Assembly: GCF_902713615.1 (NCBI RefSeq)
Contig: NC_052149.1
Coordinates: forward strand, 125,739,256-125,803,255
DNA length: 64,000 nt
Direction of reading: 5' to 3'
From: Scyliorhinus canicula
Taxonomy: Eukaryota
Positions 47,394 to 59,167 of this stretch are shown in pieces (position 1 is the stretch's first letter; each line of letters opens with the position of its first letter). The position numbers were made by a program, and so were the translations under genes. The notes under the pieces were generated by a model. That model was given only the letters and a program-made list of their open reading frames with translations. It did not search any database and was not told where the DNA came from.

Positions 47394-48929
47394 TTACAGG
47401 TTGAGCCGAATCGGTGGTCGGACGTTCCGCTGTGATCGGCGTAGCTGTGGTGGTGACGTCGGCACAGGCGGTGATGGCCCCGATGGTGCAGGTGCTGGCG
47501 GTGTTGGTGCTGGCTGCTGGCGGGATGACTCCGAGAGCAAGCCGAAATCTTCCATGTCCTCCAGGGTGGGCAGGTGGATGAGGGATGGACCTGATGGGGA
47601 CGAATAGGGGGGCGCTGGGGTTGGCGCAGGAAGGGGTGTGGGCATGGGATCGGGACCTGAGGGAGCCAGGTCCCGGAGCGAGACTGTGTCCTGGCGGCCG
47701 TCGGGGAACTCCACGTAGGCATACTGAGGGTTGGCGTGGAGAAGGCGTACTTTGTCCACCAGGGGTTCCGCCTTGTGGTGCCGTACATGCCTACGGAGAA
47801 GGACTGGGCCCGGAGTCGTGAGCCAAGTCGGGAGCGACACTCCGGATGTGGACTTCCTCGGGAAGGCAAAAACACGTTCATGGGGTGTACTGTTAGTTGC
47901 GGTGCACAGTAGCAACCGAATGGAATGGAGCGCGTCAGGGAGGACCTGCTGCCAGCGAGCGGCTGGGAGGTTCCTGGACCGTAGGGCCAGCTGGACGGCC
48001 CTCCATACCGTCCCGTTCTCCCTCTCTACCTGCCCGTTTCCCCGGGGGTTGTAGCTGGTCATCCTGCTGGAGGCGATACCCCTGCTGAGCAGGAACTGAC
48101 GCAGCTCATCGCTCATGAATGAGGATCCCCTGTCACTGTGGATATAGTCGGGGAAACCGAACAGGGCGAAAATGGAATCCAGGGCCTTGATGACGGTGGC
48201 AGACGTCATATCTGGGCATGGGATGGCAAAGGGGAACCTAGAAAATTCATCGACCACACTAAGGATGTAGGTGTTGCAGTCGGTAGAGGTAAGGGGCCCT
48301 TTGAAGTCCACGCTGAGGCGTTCAAAGGGGCGGGATGCTTTCACCAGGCGCGCGCGAGCTGGCCGGAAGAAGTGCGGCTTGCACTCCGCACAGATCTGGC
48401 AGTCTCTGGTGACTGTCCATACTTCCTCGACGGAGTAGGGCAGATTGCGGGCTTTGATCAGATGGTACAAGCGGGTGACCCCCGGATGGCAAAGGCTGTC
48501 GTGCAAGGCACGGAGCTGGTTCACTTGTGCACTGGCACATGTACCTCGGGAGAGGGCGTCTGGGGGCTCGTTGAGCTTGCCGGGGCGATACAAGATCTCG
48601 TAGTTAAAGGTGGAGAGCTCGATTCTCCACCGCAAGATTTTGTCATTCTTGATCTTGCCCCGCTGCGTGTTGTTGAACATGAAGGCTACCGACCGTTGGT
48701 CAGTGAGGAGAGTGAATCTCCTGCCGGCCAGGTAATGCCTCCAGTGCCGCACCGCTTCAACGATTGCCTGGGCTTCCTTTTCGACAGAGGAATGCCGAAT
48801 TTCGGAGGCGTGGAGGGCGCGTGAAAAGAATGCCACGGGTCTGCCGGCCTGATTCAGCGTGGCGGCAAGGGCGACATCTGAAGCGTCGCTCTCTACTTGG
48901 AAAGGCAGAGTCTCGTCTACGGCGTGCAT
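47394..48929 (-). CDS. pol: Gypsy B RNase H-integrase part of pol
   Basis: ESDASDVALAA, SVEKEAQA, H..CH..C..C, SVDFKGP, SDRGSSF, GNGQVER in an open 511-aa frame. Confidence 0.88.
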   Translation of the reverse strand: MHAVDETLPFQVESDASDVALAATLNQAGRPVAFFSRALHASEIRHSSVEKEAQAIVEAVRHWRHYLAGRRFTLLTDQRSVAFMFNNTQRGKIKNDKILRWRIELSTFNYEILYRPGKLNEPPDALSRGTCASAQVNQLRALHDSLCHPGVTRLYHLIKARNLPYSVEEVWTVTRDCQICAECKPHFFRPARARLVKASRPFERLSVDFKGPLTSTDCNTYILSVVDEFSRFPFAIPCPDMTSATVIKALDSIFALFGFPDYIHSDRGSSFMSDELRQFLLSRGIASSRMTSYNPRGNGQVERENGTVWRAVQLALRSRNLPAARWQQVLPDALHSIRLLLCTATNSTPHERVFAFPRKSTSGVSLPTWLTTPGPVLLRRHVRHHKAEPLVDKVRLLHANPQYAYVEFPDGRQDTVSLRDLAPSGPDPMPTPLPAPTPAPPYSSPSGPSLIHLPTLEDMEDFGLLSESSRQQPAPTPPAPAPSGPSPPVPTSPPQLRRSQRNVRPPIRLNL

Positions 48930-49514
48930 CCCCGCCCTGGCTATGTCAGATCAAATGCAGGCGAAGGCCTGTTGTGCCTCGGCCGAGAGGGGAAAATGTG
49001 TGGATTGGATAAGTGGCCGGGCCTTGTCTGCGTATTGCGGAACCCAGTGGCGTAATAAGAGAAAAACCCAAGGCAGCGTTTGAGGGCCTTGGGACAGTGG
49101 GGAATTGGGAGCTCCATGAGGGGGCGCATGCGGTCGGGATCGGGCCCCAGTAGTCCGTTTCGGACTACGTAGCCCAGGATGGCTAAGCGGTCTGTGCGGA
49201 ACACGCATTTCTCCTTGTTGTACGTGAGATTAAGGAGAGATGCGATGTGGAGGAATTTATAAAGGTTGGCATCATGGTCCTGCTGGTCATGGCCGCAGAT
49301 GGTGACATTGTCGAGGTACGGGAATGTGGCCTGCAATCCGTACCGGTCAACCATTCGGTCCATTTCTCGCTGAAAGACCGAGACCCCATTCGTGACACCG
49401 AAGGGAACCCTCAGAAATTGGTACAGACGACCGTCCGCCTCAAAGGCAGTGTAGGGACGGTCCGATTTACGGATGGGGAGCTGGTGGTAGGCGGATTTCA
49501 GGTCAATAGTAGAG

Positions 49515-50784
49515 AACATAGAACATAGAACATAGAACGATACAGCGCAGTACAGGCCCTTCGGCCCTCGATGTTGCACCGACATGGAAAAAATCTAAAG
49601 GCCATCTAACCTACACTATGCCCTTATCATCCATATGCTTATCCAATAAATGCCCTCAATGTTGGCGTGTTCACTACTGTTGCAGGTAGGGCATTCCACG
49701 GCCTCACCACTCTTTGCGTAAAAAACCCACCTCTGACCTCTGTCCTATATCTATTACCCCTCAATTTAAGGCTATGTCCCCTCGTGCTAGCCACCTCCAT
49801 CCGCGGGAGAAGGCTCTCGCTGTCCACCCTATCTAACCCTCTGATCATTTTGTATGCCTCTATTAAGTCACCTCTTAACCTTCTTCTCTCTAACGAAAAC
49901 AACCTCAAGTCCATCAGCCTTTCCTCATAAGATTTTCCCTCCATACCAGGCAACATCCTGGTAAATCTCCTCTGCACCCGTTCCAAAGCTTCCACGTCCT
50001 TCCTATAATGAGGCGACCAGAACTGTACGCAATACTCCAAATGCGGCCGTACTAGAGTTTTGTACAACTGCAACATGACCTCATGGCTCCGGAACTCAAT
50101 CCCTCTACCAATAAAGGCCAACACACCATAGGCCTTCTTCACAACCCTATCAACCTGGGTGGCAACTTTCAGGGATCTATGTACATGGACACCGAGATCC
50201 CTCTGCTCATCCACGCTACCAAGAATTTTACCATTAGCCAAATATTCCGCATTTCTGTTATTCTTTCCAAAGTGAATCACCTCACACTTCTCCACATTAA
50301 ACTCCATTTGCCACCTCTCAGCCCAGCTCTGCAGCTTATCTATGTCCCTCTGTAACCTGCAACATCCTTCCGCACTGTCTACAACTCCACCGACTTTAGT
50401 GTCGTCTGCAAATTTACTCACCCATCCTTCTGCGCCCTCCTCTAGGTCATTTATAAAAATGACAAACAGCAACGGCCCCAGAACAGATCCTTGTGGTACG
50501 CCACTCGTAACTGAACTCCATTCTGAACATTTCCCATCAACTACCACTCTCTGTCTTCTTTCAACTAGCCAATTTCTGATCCACATCTCTAAATCACCCT
50601 CACTCCCCAGCCTCCGTATTTTCTGCAATAGCCGACCGTGGGGAACCTTATCAAACGCTTTACTGAAATCCATATACACCACATCAACTGCTCTACCCTC
50701 GTCTACCTGTTCAGTCACCTTCTCAAAGAACTCGATAAGGTTTGTGAGGCATGACCTACCCTTCACAAAACCATGCTGACTATC
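49515..50784 (-). mobile_element. 5'-truncated CR1 inserted into the RT of Gypsy B
   Basis: Begins at DSQHGFVKGRSCL and ends in a (gttctat)n tail at 49515-49537. Confidence 0.93.
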
Positions 50785-51626
50785 CCGGTACTGTGCAATC
50801 TGATTGACCATATCAGAAATGCGGGGGAGGGGGTACGCGTCGAGCTGCGTGTACCGGTTGATGGTCTGGCTGTAGTCCACGACCATCCTGTGCTTCTCCC
50901 CGGTCTTAACCACTACCACCTGGGCTCTCCAAGGGCTGTTGCTGGCCTCGATGATACCCTCCCGAAGCAGCCGCTGGACTTCGGACCTGATGAAGGCCTT
51001 GTCCTGGGTGCTGTACCGTCTGCTCCTGGTTGCGACGGGCTTGCAATCCACAGTCAGATGTGCAAAGAGGGAGGGGGACTCGACCTTGAGGGTCACGAGG
51101 CCGCAAACGGTGAGGGGAGGTAGGGGTCCACCGAATTTGAGGGTGAGGCTCTGGAGATTGCACTGGAAATCCAGGCCTAGTAGGAGTGAAGTGCAGAGGT
51201 CGGGGAGAATGTACAGACGGAAACGGTCGAATTCCACACCCTGTACAGTGAGTTTAACCAGGCAGAAACCCCGGATCGGGACAGAGTGGGAACCGGAGGC
51301 AAGGGAGATCTGCCGGTCAGCGTGATGGATCGCAAGGGAATAGCGCCTTACCGTGTCCGGGTGGACGAAGCTCTCGGTGCTCCCGGAGTCAATGAGGCAG
51401 GAGGTCACATGGCCGTTGACCAGCACCGATGTGGAAGAGGGTGCCAGGTTGCGAGGACGGGACTGGTCGAGCGTAACGGAGGCGAGCAGTGGTTGGTCGG
51501 CGGTTGAGTCAGATGAGTCCGACGAGGAGCGGTAGCGACCCGTGTCCCGTGATGGCGGCCCCTGGAGACGAGATGGCGGCATCCGCAGTACCTGTGGGTA
51601 AAATGGCGGCGTCCATGGAGCGCACG

Positions 51627-52667
51627 TTATGGGTCGGAACAAAATGGCGGCGCCCATGGAACGCACATGGCTGTGGTGGATGAAGATGGCGGCGCCCATG
51701 GGGCGCACGTGGCGGGGGCGGCAAAAGATGGCGGCGCCCACTGATTGCACGTGGGGTCGGGGGAAGCGGACGGCGGGGCCCATTGAGGGAGCGGCTGAGG
51801 CGTGGGGACCGGCGGCGCGATAGCGGCAACCGTCCGGGACTGACACACCGCTGCAAAGTGACCTTTCTTTCCACAAGCTTTGCAGGTCGCTGTGCGGGCC
51901 GGGCAGCGTTGGCGAGGGTTCTTCTGTTGGCCGCAGAAGTAACAGTAGGGACCCCCAGGGGGTGCGGTGCGGCGGGCAGCGCAGGCATATTGCGCAGGGG
52001 CGGCTGCTGGGGGGGCCGTTTGCGGGGTCCACGAGGGGTGGGACGGATGGGCCTGGGGAGCCGTTTGCGGGGTCCACGAGGGGTAGGACGGGTGGGCCGA
52101 GTGGCTAGCGGAGTAAGTGTGCGCACTACGGGAGGCGGCCGTCATGGAGAGCGGCAGGGCCTTTGCGGCCGCGAGGTCGGGGGCGACCCCTTCCAGCAGT
52201 CGTTGCCGGATGGGGTCCGATGCAATGCCTGTAACGAAGGCATCGCGCATGAGTAAGTCCGAATGTTCCGCGGCTGTGAGGGCCCGGCAGTTGCAGTCTC
52301 GTACCAGAGATATAAGGGCCCTCCAGAAGTCCTCAATCGACTCACCCGGCTGCTGGACGCGAGTAGAAAGTTGATGCCTCGCAACCAGGGTGTTCGTCGA
52401 TGGTGCATAATTCTCCTTGAGCAGTTCCATAGCTGCGGTGTAGTCGGTCGCATCTCGAATGAGCGGAAAGACGCTGGAGCTAAGTCTGGAGTACAGGAGT
52501 TGCTTTTTCTGAGCCTCCGTCGGGGGAGGGTGTGCTGAAGAGATGTAGGCCTCGAAGACTGCGAGCCAGTGATCAAAGTCTTTTCTGGCGTGAGGCGAAT
52601 GTGGATCCAGCTGCAGACGGTCAGGCTTGACTCTGATGTCCATGGTGACTGGGAAATCACACAGCAA
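51627..52667 (-). CDS. gag: Gypsy B gag (with CCHC zinc knuckles)
   Basis: KPDRLQLDPHSP..RDAFVTGI; CYFCGQQKNPRQRC, CKACGKKGHFAAVC. Confidence 0.85.
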   Translation of the reverse strand: MLCDFPVTMDIRVKPDRLQLDPHSPHARKDFDHWLAVFEAYISSAHPPPTEAQKKQLLYSRLSSSVFPLIRDATDYTAAMELLKENYAPSTNTLVARHQLSTRVQQPGESIEDFWRALISLVRDCNCRALTAAEHSDLLMRDAFVTGIASDPIRQRLLEGVAPDLAAAKALPLSMTAASRSAHTYSASHSAHPSYPSWTPQTAPQAHPSHPSWTPQTAPPAAAPAQYACAARRTAPPGGPYCYFCGQQKNPRQRCPARTATCKACGKKGHFAAVCQSRTVAAIAPPVPTPQPLPQWAPPSASPDPTCNQWAPPSFAAPATCAPWAPPSSSTTAMCVPWAPPFCSDP

Positions 52668-53313
52668 TAAATTGTGGCGCTAACGATTTTTACTCGAAGC
52701 TGAGAGACTAGTACAATAGAGGCTTTATTGCTGTACGAAGTTGTGCCTCCATCCGCAACTGTAGACTGAGGGTCTGAGCAGCTCTCATACATTTATACAT
52801 AAGCTCCCTGTGGGCGGAGCTAGCCGGCAGGGGCTGACCGGAGGAACCTGTATTACAGGTACAGGCATACATCCCCCTACTGCAAGTACACATCACTACA
52901 GTGGTTATCTCACCACACTCCCTTTCTGTTCTGCGCAAACCGTCCCCATCCCCGTTCCGCCCTCCCCTCCATACCCCCCCCCCCACCACATCTCCCTTCT
53001 GCCCTGTCCACCCCCCCCCCCCCCCCCTTTAGCCAGACGCTCCCTCTCCCCTGGGAGGTGCGCTGCGGCATCCCTTACTGCCTGTCTTCCCGTGCTAGCC
53101 CTTGTCGCTAGTACGGTGCCTCCCCTCCCAGTGCTGATCTAGCCCTGTCCCTATTCTGCCTACCTGTCTCTATCCCGTACCTCGCCCCCTTACCTGCTTC
53201 CCCTATTCTTGCTCCCTTCTCTCTGTTTCCCATCTTCAAACCGAAAACCAAGACAAAAACGAAAACGAGGCAGCATAGTCCCGCGCAAAAACACAGTCCA
53301 TATTACAGTCCTT

Positions 53314-53880
53314 GGGCTGGATTATCCGATCCCCAACGGCGGAATCGCCTTTGGCAATGGGCCAGAGAATCCCCGATGACGACACAATTGCCGCTTTCGT
53401 GATGTTCCACCCCCCTCATTGCCTGAGGCCAACCCCACGATACTCCATCCCCGACCCACCGAGTTCCCGACTGCGTGGGACACATGTGGCTTCACCCGTC
53501 GGGAATTCAGCGTGGCGTCTGTGGACTCAATCGAGTGCCGCTACAGTCGGGGGAGAGCCGATCCGTGGGCGGGGGGGGGGCATTATTCGGGGCTCAGGGC
53601 ATTGTGGGGGGACGATCCGGGGCATGTGAGCCGGCCAAAGCGGGGACTATGTTTGTGTAGCAGGTCTGCTGCAGTCCAACGCTGTGCACATGGGCGGCTA
53701 CGGACCCAGCAATGACCAAGGCCGTATCGGCAGCCAGAGTTGGGAGCTCTACGCTGCCTCCCTGCTAGTTCCCCCGGAGCAGGGAATCGGTGGCCGTTTT
53801 GAACCAGTTTTCCTGGCGTAAAACACCCCCGTTTTCACGTCGGCTTGGGGACTTAGTCTCCCAAACGGAGAATCCAGCCC
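53314..53880. mobile_element. Harbinger-type MITE
   Basis: gggctggattatcc..ggagaatccagccc; flanks CTT/ATT. Confidence 0.8.
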
Positions 53881-54112
53881 ATTGTTTTCGGTCCATCCTC
53901 CACTTTCATTCCCTTTCTTCTTTTATCTCCTGCTGCCTTCACCGCTGCTGAGTCTGTTCTCTCTCCAGGTTGTTCGTTTTTACGAACTTGTCGGTCTCCG
54001 CCGGGGTGCCAAAGTAATTTTCCTTCCCCTGGTTTGTCACCCAGAGTCTGGCTGGGAACAGATTGACAAATCGCACCCCTTTTGGTAGAGCGCCAATTTC
54101 TCCCCAAGAAAT

Positions 54113-54515
54113 TGATGTGTTGGGCAGGCCGGGTCGCTGTGGACTGCGTTTGATGCAGTGTAGCGAGAGACAGACTTCCAACACTTGATGAGATGCAACA
54201 CAATTTTATTTAACATCTAAACTATTATACATGTCCAACTGTGGGTTGACACTATGCTGACTTGACTGGAGACCTGAGGCTAGCCTGACCAGACTTACTG
54301 ACTACCACATGGTGTTTGCACTGGTTATGCTCATGAGCTCTGACTGTCTCAGAGGCTGGATCCCGAGAGAGCGGGAAAACTGGTGCCCTCTGGCTTAATA
54401 GTGGTCATGTCCTGTCTGGTGATTGGCTGCTGTGTTCTGTGTGCTTACTGGTCATCCTGTGTGTCAATCACTGCCTGTCTGCACTCCATTATATACATAG
54501 ATGTATATTATGACA
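54113..54515 (-). mobile_element. Solo LTR
   Basis: TG..CA with 5-bp TSD GAAAT; same family as 22135-22481. Confidence 0.9.
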
Positions 54516-54520
54516 GAAAT

Positions 54521-55670
54521 ATGTCCCTCGTTTTTGCCAAGTCTGCCCCAATGTTTTGATAGACCCTGATTCTGTGCCCTTCCCACGAGCATGACTTTTT
54601 CTGTGGGGCCCATCTCAGGATCTTTTCCCGGTACTGGTGCTGTTTTTTCAATTATCACTCTTGGCTGCCCCCCAGTTTTGGGTTTAGGCCGGAGCGACCT
54701 GTGCGCTCTGTCGTGTTCTGGGAGGCTTGGGAATTTGGGTGATGTAGCCCGTTGGGTCCCTTCCCTCAATCCCCTCCGTCAGACCAGTGGTAATCTCTAC
54801 GACTGTATATAAGTGTGTGCTTGCATTAGGGGATGTATGACAGTACCTGTATTACAGGTTTTACGGTAAGCCCCTGCCGGCTAGCTCCGCCCACAGGGAG
54901 CAGTATAAATATTCATAAGTTTCCCTGAGATGCCATTCTACAGCTGCAGCCGGAGGAATAGCATCTCACTGTAATAAAGCCTCTCTTGTACCATATTGAG
55001 TCTTTTGTGTGCAATTGTTAGCGCCACAAGACCCATGATGCGGACATTCTGCCGCCAGGACCTGTTCTCCTGGTCTTTGACCTTCCCCTTTAAGTTCCCC
55101 AAGGCTGCCACCAACCTCTTCACCTCGGCCTCCAGAGCTACGATCTTTCGCTCAGGTCCTTTGACGCCTTCTCCAGGTACAAGTTTGTCCTATCCTGTGC
55201 CTCCACCTTCTGTCCCAGGCCTTCTATCGTGCACTGAAAGGTGGCTATTGCTTCTGTAACCACCTCCTTCACCACCACCTGGAACGCCATTTTGATCGCT
55301 TCCTTCATGCCGGTCAGTTCCTTTTTATGACGCTCTTCTATCCGTCCCCCTGTGTAGGGAGGGGGGTGTCGTTGTCCACTCCTGCTCTGCCGTTCGGATC
55401 GCTGAGCTCCCCCTGTCCTGGTTTGCCTGGGTCTCCACTTCACCTCGTGGGGCCGCCTGTCCACTCGCCAGTTGCTCCTACCCCTTTCCTCTGCTTCTGC
55501 CTTCTCGTTGGCCATTCAAACTGCTGTTTTACGGCTACTTCTATTCCTACTCATCGCTGTTCCTGCCTTTTAAGTTTGTGGAAGGTTTAGGTGGCTTTTT
55601 GGGGCAAAAACTCAAAACAATTTGTTACGTTTGGTCCAGCTGAGAGGAGAGCCACCTGATGTGCGTCTGC
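54521..55670 (-). mobile_element. L1/Tx1 ORF1 and 5' region
   Basis: LKGKVKDQENRSWRQNVRIMGL (L1 ORF1 ENRSRR.N.RI.G motif). Confidence 0.72.
54786..55028 (+). mobile_element. Solo LTR related to the Gypsy B LTR
   Basis: Shares cccctgccggctagctccgcccacagggag and the end gttagcgccaca; TSD AGACC. Confidence 0.9.
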
Positions 55671-55699
55671 TCAGCACGTCACCACCACCGGAAGTCGGG

Positions 55700-56640
55700 T
55701 GAGGTGGAATTTCGGGGCTTCAGCGTACATGTGAAAACTAACGCTGTGTCTTTGGATCATGTCACCCAGGGGCAGCATGTAAATGATAAATAGGAGGGGC
55801 CAAGGATTGATCCCTGGGGGGACACCAGAGGTAACGGTGCTGGAACAGGAAGAGAAGCCATTGTAAGTGATTCTCTGACTGGGATTAGATAGATAAGAAT
55901 GGAACCAGGTGAGAGCAGTCCCACCCAGCTGGGCAACAGTGGAGAGGTGTTGGAGGAGGATGGTGTGGTCACCGTGTCCAAGGCTGCAGACAGCTGGAGA
56001 AGGATGAGGAGGGAAAGTTTCCCTTTGTCACAGTCACACACAGTGTCATTTGTCACTTTGAGAAGAACCATTTTGTAATATGACAGGGGCAGAAACTTGA
56101 TTGGAGGGATTGAAACACAAGTTCCGGGAAAGATGGGAATGGGTTTTGGAGGAGACACCATGTTCAAAGAATAAAAACAGTTCAATGGGAATAGGATCGA
56201 GGGACAGGAAGTGGGTCTCATGGACAAGATGAGCTCAGAGAGGGCATGAGGGGAGATAGGAGAGAAACTAGAGAAAGATGTGAGTTCAGGGCCCGGGCAG
56301 GGGGGAGAATTAGAGGAAGTTTGACCAGATGGGCGAGTGACCGGGAGGGACGTGGCCGAGGCAGCTGATTGGATTGTCTCAATCTGAGTGACAAAGACGT
56401 CAATGAGCTCCTCCCACTTGTTGTTGGAGGTGAGGGTGGAGGGGACAGGGGAGAGGGGGTTTAAGAAGATGGCCGACAGTGGAGAAAAGATCCCGGGGGT
56501 TATCTTTACATTCCAGGATGATCCTGGAATAGTGAGCAGTTTTAGCAGATGGGAGTAGGAGCCGGGAATGTTTGAAGTGGTCCAGCCGGATCTGACAGTG
56601 GATGGAGTGACAACTGGATGACTTTAGGAATATTGGATTC
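55700..56640 (-). mobile_element. L2-clade LINE RT remnant
   Basis: KVTND..LLILLQLSAALDTV and PQGSILGP. Confidence 0.7.
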
Positions 56641-57110
56641 TATGTATGGGGCAATTTAAGGGTTAAAGGTCTGGGGCTAGCGTGTGTTTGACTGCAGTGG
56701 TCATATATTTTTAAAAAAATAATCCTGTTTTACTGGACTTGGGTGCACTCAGCTGCCAGAAAGTGAAATTAACAAAGGAATGTGTTTTTCAGTCTGGGCT
56801 AATAGACTGTGTTTGACTGTGAAAGTTACTGGGGAGATAATGGCCGGGTTTCTCCAAAAACGCGGCTGAGTGTTGACGCCGGCGTAAACACCAGAGTGTT
56901 TCACGCCAGCGTCAATGGGCCTCTTGGCCCAGCGATTCTGTGGCCTACAGGTAGCCAGCACGGGGCCGGAGTGCTCTGCACTGCTCCAGCCGCTGATAAG
57001 CAGTCCTACGCTACTGGCCGCGGGTCCGCGCATGCGTGCGGCGGCCACTTCCGCGCTGGCGCCAAGTGACATGGCGGAGCCACACAGCAGGCCAACACGG
57101 AAGAAGATAG

Positions 57111-59167
57111 TGTGACGGTTGAGGAGTATTTATCTAAGATCTGCCTGAGTAGTCGAGGTTGTAAGCTACTAGACAAGGTCTTGTGAATATCTAAAGTCAG
57201 ACTCGCTATATGGGAGATCTATTTATAGTAGACACAATGTGCCTTGCGTTCACTACCTTTGGTGTACAGGAGAGACTGTGCCTTAGATGACTATCTTATC
57301 CTTAACGTGACTAAATAGTTCTAATTCCTGAGAGCTAGGCATGGGAAAGTGACCCTCCAGATAGCCTCAGAGGGTGAGAATATGATGAGTCTTAGTTAAA
57401 TATCACTCTTATTTATTAAAATAGACACGGATCTGTACGGCAAAATATATACGCAATTTATTTGAAGATGAAAGGGTAATACAAGTGTTTTGATAAATGA
57501 TACAGTTTGACAGATACAGGATACGTGATGAGTTAGCCTGTAACCTTCTTAACTACATAATTGATTAAGCTACAAACATTTCATACTCACAACGACTAGT
57601 AGTTGTGTCGGAATTCGATGCTCAATCACGAGCAGAATTCTACGACTCGAGATAGCAGTTGAAACACCCAATAATATCCTAAACAGCTCTCCAAGCGAAA
57701 CTCTAACTTTGGCAGCTTTTGCTTGAATATTTATATTGTTTTTACACTCAGGGAGAGCTAGGGAGTTTGAGGGGAGTTTTAGCATAGCCCCTGCTTCTGA
57801 AAAACAAGTTAACTCCCCACAGTTATTTTGAGACAAAGAACAATCTCTCTCTTAATTGGCAAGGCCTTAGTTTCAGAGAGGCCTAACAGGGCACCTGTTT
57901 CTAAATATTCGAGGTTGATACCTCTGGTAGCTATCTCCAGAAAAACAGCAGCCTCCCTTCTTGGCGGGGTCTCTTGCCCAGCAGCAGCCTCCCTTAGTGA
58001 CAAGGCCACGAGACAGGCAATAACCTCCCTTAGTGACAAGGCCACTAGACAGGCAATAATCTCCCTGAGTGACAAGGCCACTAGACAGGCAATAACCTCC
58101 CTTAGTGACAAGGCCACTAGACAGGCAATAACCTCCCTTAGTGACAAGGCCACTAGACAGGCAATAACCTCCCTGAGTGACAAGGCCACTAGACAGGCAA
58201 TAACCTCCCTTAGTGACAAGGCCACTAGACAGACAATAACCTCCCTTAGTGACAAGGCCACTAGACAGGCAATAACCCCCCTTAGTGACAAGGCCACTAG
58301 ACAGGCAATAACCTCCCTTAGTGACAAGGCCACTAGACAGGCAATAACCTCCCTTAGTGACAAGGCCACTAGACAGGCAATAACCTCCCTTAGTGACAAG
58401 ACCACTAGACAGACAATAACCTCCCTTAGTGACAAGGCCACTAGACAGGCAATAACCTCCCTTAGTGACAAGGGCACTAGACAAACAATAACCTCCCTTA
58501 GTGACAAGGCCACTAGACAGGCAATAACCCCCCTTAGTGACAAGGCCACGAGACAGGCAATAACCTCCCTTAGTGACAAGGCCACGAGACAGGCAATAAC
58601 CTCCCTTAATGACAAGGCCACTAGACAAGCAATAACCTCCCTTAGTGACAAGGCCACTAGACAGGCAATAACCTCCCTTAGTGACAAGGCCACTAGACAG
58701 GCAATAACCCCCCTTAGTGACAAGGCCACGAGACAGGCAATAACCTCCCTTAGTGACAAGGCCACGAGACAGGCAATAACCCCCCTTAGTGACAAGGCCA
58801 CTAGACAGACAATAACCCCCCTTAGTGACAAGGGCACTAGACAGGCAATAACCTCCCTTAGTGACAAGGCCACTAGACAAGCAATAACCTCCCTTAGTTG
58901 GCGAAGCTTATTTCCAGACAAGGCCATGAGACTTAATGAGTTCACTGCATCTGGACTCTTACAAAGATAATACATATTAAAAAACATTATTGCGATAAGT
59001 AATGGTTTACATTGTTAATGGACTGATCAAACAACAGTTTTTAATATCGGGTTAAATACATGATTTAACAGAGCATCAGCTCTGATCAGCTTTTAATATA
59101 AAGTGAATATATGATTTAATATAAAATGAGTTCTGATCAGCCTTTAATATAGGTTGATACCACCACA
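57111..59167 (-). mobile_element. Putative long solo LTR (2057 bp)
   Basis: TGTGA..CCACA termini with 4-bp flanks ATAG/GTAG. TATA-like and AATAAA motifs on - near 57410-57450; no coding motifs. Confidence 0.62.
57983..58898. repeat. 36-bp minisatellite, ~25 copies
   Basis: gcaataacctcccttagtgacaaggccactagacag repeated. Confidence 0.97.

Larger units (their letters stand above)
47038..52917 (-). mobile_element. Ty3/Gypsy element B, full length with both LTRs
   Basis: LTRs 47038-47280 and 52673-52917 (about 8 differences in 243 nt), TSD CTCCC, PPT at 47281-47298. Confidence 0.96.

Noticed and set aside
57809-58987. 335-392-aa repetitive ORFs (hydrophobic LREVIACLVALS repeats)
   Set aside because: Frame-preserving 36-bp minisatellite with no splice or promoter support.
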